DNA of 47,926 bases from Octopus bimaculoides (taxonomy: Eukaryota), in assembly GCF_001194135.2 (NCBI RefSeq), contig NC_068989.1, positions 29,433,873 to 29,481,798 on the forward strand. The letters are read 5' to 3'. The notes below the pieces were generated by a model. It ran no database searches and was not told the DNA's origin. It saw only the letters and a program-made list of their open reading frames with translations. A program made the position numbers and the translations under genes. Positions 1 to 10,900 of this stretch are shown piece after piece. Each line of letters starts with the position of its first letter. The stretch's first letter is position 1.

Positions 1-253
1 CCCCGACCCCGTCAGTGTTCCCTGCCCAGAAAATCTTGTACCTGTGTTCTTTGCCTGTGAGGAACCTTGCAGAACCTCCTCTCCATCTTACTTCCTGGAT
101 GCAGCACATATCTACGCATCTCCGTTCAAGCATCTCAACAATTTCACCAGATCTACCTTTCAGCGTGCCGACGTTGAGAGTGCCAATCCTAACAGTATGG
201 GTGTTGGGGGTGTGGGCCTGTAGCCTGGGAAGAGGAAAAGCAGTGTCGTGTAC
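1..253 (-). mobile_element. RTE-clade LINE, N-terminus of the APE endonuclease; continues off the left edge
   Basis: Open minus frame ...TVRIGTLNVGTLKGRSGEIVEMLERRCVDMCCIQEVRWRG...YKIFWAGN, with the APE motifs NVG and IQE. Confidence 0.9.
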
Positions 254-1776
254 CTGAAAAGAAAACTTGCAATTGGAAGAATCCTTTGCGAAAATCTTTC
301 TCTCTGCTATTCTCTCCTTGCATCAGTCTCAAAATCAGTTTCATTTTCAGTGATGTGCTTCTTGAATTGTCTTGGTTTCTGATGGCAGCAGATCTTTCAG
401 CTGAGAGCCTTGCTCTTATATTCCTGTCTTTCTCTCACTAAGCAACGTTTCCTTTCAATTGTGCTCTCCATCACTGAAACCAACCGAAACTCATACAACT
501 TAAAGCCACAAAAAATATGCTGTGATTTATAGTTGATGTTGTAAAAACTCCTTGTTCAAAATTTATTACATAAATTTCTTAATATAAATAAACTTTTCAA
601 CTGCAGTCGTTTTATATTCTTGATACACTCAGGCAATAATTATTTTCTCCAATGAGTTTGTTTATGTAGGTGTGTGTAATAATAATTTTTAACAAAACAT
701 AGAATATGGATTGTAAATCAAATTAATACATTTGTCAATGTTATCTAGTGGTTGTCTTTTGAGATATGACAACTATCATCATTTGTTACTAAAAGAATGC
801 TAGCTCACACATACAATCACATACTTCCCTTGTACACACATACACTCACACAGAGTTGAAATGCTGCTTGATTTTTCTTTTCAGTGTTGAATCTTCACCA
901 TCCCACTTCCATTGCACACACACACACACACACACCTCACATAGAGTCGAAACGCTATTTGATTTGTTTTTTCACCCCTTCCTTCCTTATTTCATCTATC
1001 ACCCCTTCCTTTCTCATTCATATATTGTGAGGGAGAAAGACACAAGAGTATTATTATAGTAGATGACATGATAATGTGAAAAATAAAGGTAACTTTGAAA
1101 TGAAGAATATAGATGGTGCTCATCCAAAATCACAGAATATCAGTTCAAATAAATGTGATAAATTAGTAAAACTGATAAAGAAAACTATTGTTCATGAATA
1201 TAAAAAAGAAGCACCTCTAAATGATATAAAATCTGGAAGTAGTTACTTAATAAGATATAATAGTGATATCAATATGTTGACAATAAGAACTGTCTCCAAG
1301 GATTCCTGATAATCTAAGAGATGGTTTATTTCTGGTTTCATGACTTGTAGTGACAAGAGAGAAATCTCTTCCATGATACCTGTATCTTAATAAGCAAAGA
1401 TACATCTTTGAAACTGTACACGATATAGTAACACATATACAATAGGCTACCTGGATCAAATCACTTCCTTTCTCGCCAAGACTTCTACAATAGGCAATGT
1501 TGAAGGAATGATAGACACAATGATAATGAATTACAAATAAAAAGAACAAATTTTAAAATAGACTATGAATATTTGTAAAACTTCAAAATTCAAAAAAAAA
1601 AATCTGAATATTTTATAGAAGCTAAGATGTAAACTATAAGATTTAACCATTAACTATATATCATTTTAGAATATAAAAATTTAAAAGTGACTGCTTCAAA
1701 AGATTAAAAACTTACATCTGAAGGATGTCACATAAAAACTATATATCATGAAAAATAATCCTGATGATCATTTTAC

Positions 1777-1929
1777 CTGTGTAGGATCTACTTCACCTTG
1801 AATGATATTCAATATTGAAATATAGCAGTGCTTGTCTTGTCTATGAACAGGTGTTGAGACCATCATGTTTTTTGGTTGTAATAGCCTACGCATCACATCA
1901 AGGACAGTAGTTTTTCTCACACTAGCAAC
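1777..1929 (-). CDS. TUBG1: Gamma-tubulin exon 10 (153 nt): [25 protein letters not shown]...[10 protein letters not shown]
   Basis: Acceptor ccatacag, donor gtaaaa; ends in phase 0. Confidence 0.97.
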
Positions 1930-4900
1930 CTGTATGGAAAAAAATCACAAAATAAATTTAAAAAACTAACTGAAATGAGATGTAGTGAAGGAGAGAATAA
2001 GAAGAAGCAAATATGATGTAACAGTTATAAAATTAAGTTCAAGGTATAGGCAATAACAGAAAGTATTTAAGATTATAACCTTTCAGACAAGAACCCTCGG
2101 CTTTAGACGACAGATTTTTTAGTATTTACACTTATACTATATTTTGATTGGTCTAATCTTTGGTTCACATTAATTCCTGTGTACCCACAAGATACCTTAT
2201 GATAATCAATGGTGAAACCAACTGAAACAAGGTGTAAATATAAATGCTCACATTAAAACATTTTTCACTGGAAAATTAAAATCTTATTAAAAATCATTCC
2301 AAGAGATTTAGATATTTAATCAGAAAGTAGTTGTTAAAATCTGCAATAAAAATTCAGATATGTGTGTATATATATATATATGTATATGTATATATGTGTG
2401 TGTTGTGTTTGGAGCTCCTGATGAATATATAACAAATGCTGTACATTTCTTTAAATACTTAGAAATCAGTCACATGGCATACATGAGTTTTATGTGAACT
2501 TCTCCGTTTTTTTCTATACATTGCAATTACAATAAACAGGGAAATACAATTGATTCCATTGCTACAGGATTACGGTTGATGTTGTTACCCCTTCTCATAT
2601 GTCTTGCTGTTAGTTGTGCTGCAGTACAATTTTTACAACATTCTTCACAAATATCTGAATTCTGCAATGACAATTAAAAAGAGGAAGTCATTGCCTATTC
2701 CAAAACAACCGCACTAGATAAAAGAAAAAATTTGAGTGACAAATCCTGTTACTGCTGTGGAAAACTAGTTCCCACGACACAAATTCTCTGCAATAAAAGC
2801 TATCTGCAAAACTTTGGCAAGAAAGGTCACTATGCAAAAGCACCAGGAATAATCACAGGATGAGTCATCAGGATGCAATCATGACTTTTATCAGTCACAC
2901 ATTGCAAAAACCCATGTTTGAATCTGTCTCACTCAATGGGTACATGATAGACATGATGCATGATATGGGTGCTCCCTGCAGCATTATCTCATCTGTAATA
3001 GCAAAGGATACCAGCATGATGATTACACAGCAACATTCTTCATACGAATCCTACAATGGGCACCACATGGAATGCATTGGGGTTTTAAAATAATTAAAGG
3101 TGATAGTAGGTATGATCTACTAGGTCATGACCTGCTCAATGCTGAAACAATTTGCAGCATCGAGTCATTTCTGCTGACAATAAAAGGAGTGCAAGCTTCT
3201 GTCAAATTTATATTTAATGCCTCTGACAAATTCCATGCCGCTAGAAGTGTCCCTATTACTCTTGAGGAAGATGTTGCATAGATGCATTGAAAGCCAAAGG
3301 TGTAATTAAAAAATGTACTCTGGGTGATATAGTCAATACTTCTCTAGTTGTGTGGGTTAGAAAGAAAAATGGACGATTGCGTATGTGTCCCAACTACCAA
3401 GTTCACCTAAATAAAAAAATATGCATGGAAGCTTATCATTTGCCACAAACAGAAACCATGTTTAGCAAGCTTAGTGGTGTAAGATTCTTTGCTAAGACTG
3501 ATTTAAGTCACGCATATTGGCAGATTGAGCTCGATGAAAATAGTCAGAAGCTCTGCGCCACCAATACTACAAGAGGGGTATACTTGGTTATGCAATTACA
3601 GATGGGGATGAAAAACAGTTCTGCAATTTTTCAGCATGCTACAGAGAATGTAGTGTTCAAGGGACTAAAAAATTTCATCATCTACCAAGATGATATAATT
3701 GTTTTTGCAAAGATAGAAGAGAGCCTGAATAAATTTTTAAATGCCATCCTCAGAAGATTATACGAGAAACAAGTCAGTGTCAACAAAGAAAAATATGCTC
3801 AAAAGACTACAAGCATCACATTTTTAGGCCATGTAATATTGGTAGAAGGAATTAAACCCACAAAAGAATTCACTCACAGAATCATAGCATTAAATCAGTC
3901 GACAAATACTGAAGAACTGCGATTCTTTCTTCAACTAATCGGATACTTTGGGCAATTAATTTCAAATTTCAGTGAAAAAACAATTAGCATACAGAAACTA
4001 ACTACTGCTGATCGTCTTCAGTAGACAGACAAGTACCAACTTGAATTTGAGAATATTAAAGACAAACTACGCAAAGAACGAGCGTTGAAGCCATTTGATC
4101 CTAAAATGCCTACCAAGCTGACGACAGATGCATCAATGAACAGTATTGCGGCAATACTTTCACAAAATGGTCACCCTGTTCTATGTGTCAAAAAAATTAA
4201 CACCTGCTGAGTCTAATTGGTCAAATATTGAATGCAAAGCATTCGCTATCGTATGGGCCATTGCCCGTCTCAAACAATTGCTACAAGGTAAAAGGTTCAA
4301 ATTCAACACAAATCATAGACCTGTAAAATATATCTTCCACTGTTGTGTGAGAGTATGACTCTCCCTGGTGAGAATTGTCACATATAAATAGTAGCGATCT
4401 GAGTAAATGAGGTAGTTCGTGCTAGTTCCACAGTTCATGTGTTAATAGTTCAAAGTTTACAGTTTGAATTAGCATGTTGGATTGTCAGTTCTTAAAAGAT
4501 TGTTACGTTCCATGTGGTTACTGCCATTTGTTTTGATTATATTATTACACTGTTGCAGTGTATTCGTTTATCCATAAGGATATAACATCTGGCGACAAGG
4601 ATCATTTGAAATACACATTGGTTATTTCCGCATCACGGAAAACCTATTACCCGCAGTAGTACTGCTTCAAGAGAAGCAGCAAGAACTAGAGGAGTTGCAA
4701 AAACAAATACAACAATAACAATTGAGTTATAGTTGGCGAAATCCAAAAATCCAGTAAGCTTGTTTACGCCAGATAGCATGGCTAATGCAATTTCTGAATT
4801 TATGTAAAATTTGGAGGAGGGTATTATGTTTTCTGCATATTATAGAAGATACAAGGACATTTTTAACAATGAGTGCAAGTCATGGTTGGAGGAGCAGAAA

Positions 4901-7900
4901 GTAAGGCTTTTACTATGTAAGGTAGCTCCTACCAAACACGATTGTAACTGTAACTTTATTCTGCCCAAAAAGTCAAGTGAGACTGGTTTCCAAGAAACCG
5001 TGGAACTGTTTCCAAAAATTTTTTGTGATAGAAGTTCATTATTCAACACCAGAATGAATTGTTAGAACTTAACAAAAAATGAGGAGGAGGATTTTATCAC
5101 CTACGCTGGAGTAGTCAACTGTATGTGCGAACATTTCCAACGACAGGATCTCACTCAGAATATGTTCAAATCACTTCCTTTCATGCAAGGGGCAAGGAAT
5201 GTCTTGAAAATGGAGCAAGTGAACCAGGATTTACCTCTACAGACCATCACAGAAGAATGTCAGACTATGGTAAATCTTAAACATGATGTGAAAAAAATAC
5301 AAGATAAAGACACTGCAAAAATTCCAAAATGTCATCCTGGGAACCACAATAAAAAAAGTGTCAGACCCTAATCCATGTTATGGTTGTGGAGGCCTACACT
5401 ACAAAAAGGATTGTCAGTTTAAAAACAAAAAGTGCAATAGTTGTCAGAAGCTGGGACACAGGAATTCTCATTGTAGAACAAAACTACAAGGCTCAAACAC
5501 AAAAAAGTTCTAAGGTGTTTTCAGCAGAGAGTGATTGCGACGGAAAAACTATAAATTCATGCATGCAAAAATAAATGATGTGAAAAATTTGTAAACTGAG
5601 ATTATGTAAAACAGCGAAAATAGCATGTGGTGTAATGGGCAATAAATTACATTTCATGGGCAAAACATGTATCAATGTCACATTTCGATGTGAAGCAAAA
5701 TTATTCATTATGGATAATACAATCAATCTATTTGGCACAGATTGGTTAGAACTATTCAATGTATGGCACCTCCCCACGAATCTTTACTGCAATAACACAC
5801 ATGGCTGTCCCATTAAAATCAAGTCTTTGGAAGAACTGAAGAAAAAATTGAAAAAAAATGTTCCCAGGTCTATGTAGAATGACGGAAGCCTATTTCCAAG
5901 TAAGTGAAAACGCAAACAGAAAAGTACTTTTTGTGGCAATTGAAACCATAAATGAAGAGTTGGCAGACTCAAAAAGAGTGGAGTCATCAGAAAGGTGGAT
6001 TACTCAAAGTGGGTGGCACCCATGGAATGTATTAAAAGAAATAAGATTAGACTGTGTACTAATTTCTCTACAGGACTGAACAATTGCTTAAAAACATACC
6101 ACCATCCACTCCCAACTGCAGAGGACATTTTTTCGAAGTTAAATAGTGGAAACATTTTTTGCAAATAAGATCTGTCTGAAGCCTATTTACAGATAAAAGT
6201 AAATGAATAATGTTCTAAGTATTTGACAATAAATACACACAGAGGATTGAACAGATACACATGATTACCTTTTGGATTAAAAGTGGCATTTGCAATCCTG
6301 TACTTGCACAATATTTTGATAAAGAGTAATTCTCATGAATAGCATGTGGAATACATAAAAGCTGTGTTTAAGAAAATTAAAGTTTTCATGTTCACTTTGA
6401 GTGAAGAAAAATGCGAATTCTTTCTACCTCAAATTAAGTACGTAGGGTAAATAATTGATAAAAGTGGTAGATGTCCTGACCCGTTGAGGGAAGATGCAAT
6501 AAGGAATATACCTGCGTCGACAAATATTCTAACTTTACAAGCATTTCTTGGGTTTGCAAACTATTATCAAAGCTACATTCCTAATATGCACAAGTTAAGA
6601 GCTCCACTGAACAACTTACTAGAAAGAAGAATAAAGGGGAATTGGTCCACTATATGCCAGAACACTTTTGATGAAATAAAAAAATTCTAATCTCAGACTT
6701 GTTGTTAGCACATTACAATTCCAAGCACAGATTAGGTGCAGTTCCACTTCACTAAGTACAAAACCAGTGGTTCATGTTTTGTGCTCGCTAATAGCGGCAG
6801 AGAAGAGATATGGTCAAATTGAAAAGGAGGCCCTAGCAATTATTTCTGCAGTGAAAAAATTTCACAGGTTTCTGCATGGCAGAAGTTATTTATTGCAAAC
6901 AGACCATAAACCTTTGCTGTCGATTTATGAGTCTAAAAAGGGTTACCGACTCATACTATGAACCACCTGCAATATTGTGGTGTGATGTTACTAAGTTATA
7001 AATTCAAAGTGCAATACATTCCATCAGAAAAAATCAGTCATGCAAAGTGCCTTGAGATTAATTCAAGAAATATGGAACCACTAGAAGAGACTGTTATAGC
7101 CACACTGCAGGCAGAAAGTGAAATTAAGTGTTATGAGGAACGTTAACCAAGAACTACCAGTGATGGCACAAGATATAAGAATGAAAGCTGTAGGTGATGA
7201 CTATATTACAAAAATAAAAGAAGCTTTAAAATATAAACAGAATAAAAATTCAGATGCCAGTAGTTTTTCAATTTGCAATGATATTCTGATGTATGCCCAA
7301 AGAATTGTGGTAACAACTACATTACAAAAAGGTGTATTGCAACAATTTCATAGCAGACATCCAGGAATGGCAAGGATGAAGGCTCTAATGAAAAGTTATG
7401 TCTATTGGCTGTCACTGAACCGAGATATCGAAAACTTGGTGAGAACGTGCCAAGGTTGCATGCTCGTGGCCAAAGCCCTGCTAGTAAAATATCAATCATG
7501 GCCATAGAGGGAGAATCCATTGACTATGCTGGACTGGTAAATGGCGCTAACTAGCTAATCGTAAAAGATAGGTGTACTAAGTGGCCAGAGGTTTGCAGGT
7601 GCTATAGACCAACCTCAAAGAAAACTATAAAGTTTATCCAAATTGTTTGGGCGATACAGTGTCCCTGACAGTTTCAGACAACAGAATGCATGTGTCCGCA
7701 TGGATGATGGTACACTTACTTTTAAACATTCGGAAAAGAAAGAGGCTTGGAGAAGCCATTATGAAAGACTGCTGAACATGGAGAATGAATGAGAGGAGGA
7801 GAGCCTGCCAAATGTTGAGCCAGTAGAGGGACCAGCTATCCGAATAGACAGCACTGTGGTAGACAAAGCAATTAAAGGTATGAACCAAACAAACCCCCTG

Positions 7901-10900
7901 GCCCATCAGGAATCACTGCTTAAAACATCGGGTGGTGTGGGCTATGGCCTAGTCACCCATATTGTAAACCAGGTAGTTCATGAAGGAGACATACCCAATG
8001 ACTGGCATAGCAGCACCATAGTCAACTGCTACAAGGGTAAAGGTGATGCTTTAGATAGAAATAACTACAAGGATATCAAACTGCTGGATCAGGTGATGAA
8101 GGTCATGGAGAGAGTGTTAGCCCAACTAATTAGGGAGAGAGTCTGATCAGATGAGAAGCAGTTCGGTTTTGTGCCAGGTAGAAGCACCACTGATGCTATA
8201 TTCCTGGTGCGGCAACTGGAGGAGAAATACCAAGCCAAAGATAAACCCCTATACTTGGCTTTTGTTGACTTGGAGAAAGCTTTTCACAGGATTCCCCAAT
8301 CCCTTATCTGGTGGGCAATGCGAAAACTAGGTAGGTTAATAAGGGCTGTACAGGCCCTATACAGAGAGGCCATTAGTAAGGGTTGGCAATGAGTATAGTG
8401 AAGAATTCCGGGTAGAAGTAGGGATCCACCAAGAATCAGCCCTCAGTCCCCTTCTATTCATCATAGTCCTCCAGGCAATAACAGAGGAATTCACGACAGG
8501 TTGCTCCTGAGAGCTCCTCTATGCTGATGACCTGGCCCTCATAGCAGAATCACTACCAGAACTAGAGAAGAAATTTCAGGTGTGGAAGCAAGGTTTAGAA
8601 TTGAAGGGCCTTAGAGTCAATTTGCAAAGACCAAAGTTCTAGTAAGTAGGAAGGCGAATGCATCACACACCCTTCAGGTAGGTGGCCCTACTCAATCTGT
8701 AAAAAAGGTGTAGGTAGAAACTCCATAAGATGTACCCAGTGCAACCTATGGACACATAAGAGGTGCAGCAACATCAAAGGAAGATTAACCGGGAAGATAG
8801 CTTTCGTGTGCGGCAGATGCACAGAGGCAATAAACACCACAGATGCTCAAAAAACAGATTCCATCACAAGCCAAGGGAAGAAACTAGAACTTCTGCTACC
8901 TAGGTGACCAAGTCTGTAGCGGGGGTGGATGCTCAGAGAGTGTTACCACTAGAATAAGAATAGCCTGGGCAAAGTTCAGAAAGCTTCTATCCCAACTGGT
9001 GACAAAGGGCCTCTCGCTCAGAGTGAAAGGTAGATTGTAAGATGCATGTGTGCGAACTGCTATGCTTCACTGCTGAGGACATTGCATAGGCTCGAAAGAA
9101 ATGAAGCTAGCATGATCCACTGGATGTGTAATGTCAGTGTGCACACATGACAGAGTGTAAGCGCCATGAGAGAAATGTTGGACATAAGAAGCATCGGATG
9201 TGGTGTGCAAGAGAGACGTTTGAGCTGGTATGGTCATGTACTACGGATGGATGAGGAGAGCTGTGTGAAGAAGTACCACTCCCATACAGTTGAAGGAATC
9301 CAGGGTAGAGGTAGACCCAGGAAGCCATGGGATGAGGTGGTGAAGCATGACCTTTGAATGTCGGGCCTCACAGAGGCAATGACGAAAGTCTAAGACTTCT
9401 GGAGATATGCTGTGAGTGAGAAGACCTGGCAAATAAAGTGAGTTCACAGCTGTAACCTACACCAGTGTCGCATAACCAGCCCCAGCCCACTCAAAAGTAC
9501 CTTGGATCATAGGGCAACATGCTGTGCTTGAGGAGACCTATTGAGTCAAGTACATCAAAATCAAAAGGAAATTGTAGTTGTGATCCCCATGCTGGTGGCA
9601 CGTAAAAGGCACCATCCGAACGTGGCTGATGCCAGCGCCGCCTTGACTGGCTTCCGTGCCAGTGGCACATAAAAAGTACCAACCAATCATGGTCGTTGCC
9701 AGCCTTCTGTGGCCCATGTGCCAGTGACACGTAAAATGTACCCACTACACTCTTGGAGTGGTTGGTGTTAGGAAGGGCATCCAGCTGTAGAAATACTGCC
9801 AGATCAGACTGGAGCTTGGTGCAGCCTCCTGGCTTCCTGGATCCCAGCTGAACTATCCAACCCAAGCCAGCATGGAAAACAGACGTTAAACGATGATGAT
9901 GATGATGACAGAAACCTTCATTTACCTCATACGATGTTTAAGATCATTTCACATTCATGTTGAATTATGCAACAATCTTATGTTCTCTTCATAGAACACT
10001 TGTAATATATGTATTACCAGTTCTTTTGGTGTAGTAGATTTTTGCTATTCTTGTTTATGTCTCCTCTCAGACATGCATATTCTAACAAGTTGCTTGTTAA
10101 ATTCGCATCTTTCTTGTTCAATAAACACTGAGTTAAACTTGCAAAGTTTTTTATTTTCTCCTTTCGATTTTTAATGTTTATTTTAGCAGGTTACCAAACT
10201 ATCAATTTGGTCTCCCAGCTAAAACAGTAATGACAAATTTATAAGTTTGCTTGACATTTTATAAGTGTGAAAGGGATTAAAATTTTAATACACCATATCA
10301 AAGGTTCCGACAAAAGTAGGCGGAAAATCAGAGCTTGAGACAAGAAGACACTTTTGACCAATCAGAATTCTGTTCATATAATCAGTTTGATTGGTTACCT
10401 TTCTCTGTTGATTGAGTAAAGCATCATTCAAGCTGATATTTATTGGTAATTAAACTTATTTTGCAACACTTATGTATATTTATCAGCTTTGTTTTTGTTG
10501 ATGAGAATTACCAACAACCTTTCCTGTGATTGTGATTTGAGAAGACATACAGAAGTATGCTAAAGATTGGACACAATCTTGTAGGCAAGAAATATAAACT
10601 AAAGTTTATTATAAACAATACAAGCACTTTGTAATTTAATAGCATTCAATGTGATACCTGTTAAACAGAAATTATTTTTATTTAATGAAAATTTAATAAA
10701 ATCTAATCATAAGTAAGTGAAATTATGCTAAATATAACTAAATTGAAAACCTTTTTCCTCTGGCCACCATATCGGCAATTCTGAAAACTTTGGGGTGCAA
10801 ATTTTACAGGAGTAGAAGCATTTTTTAACTATTTTTATCCTGAAAATCACCTGAGTAAATTACACAGGTGTGCAAATTCCATGGGTTTTTACGGTATACA

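Larger units (their letters stand above)
4341..7685 (+). mobile_element. Degenerate Ty3/Gypsy (Mag-clade) element B: 5' LTR, PBS, gag, pol to mid-integrase; 3'-truncated
   Basis: LTR TGT...ACA at 4341-4587, then a PBS. Gag [12 protein letters not shown]...RLLL and a double knuckle [35 protein letters not shown]/RNase [11 protein letters not shown] and [10 protein letters not shown]; integrase [17 protein letters not shown]...CQGC. Confidence 0.92.

Noticed and set aside
256-1776. Search for the remaining gamma-tubulin exons (VHKSLQRIRERK...)
   Set aside because: No matching sequence was found in any minus frame, so they must lie beyond position 1.
10740-10900. Segment ending TTTTACGGTA, like a Tc1/pogo-type MITE terminus
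   Set aside because: No matching left TIR could be identified with confidence.
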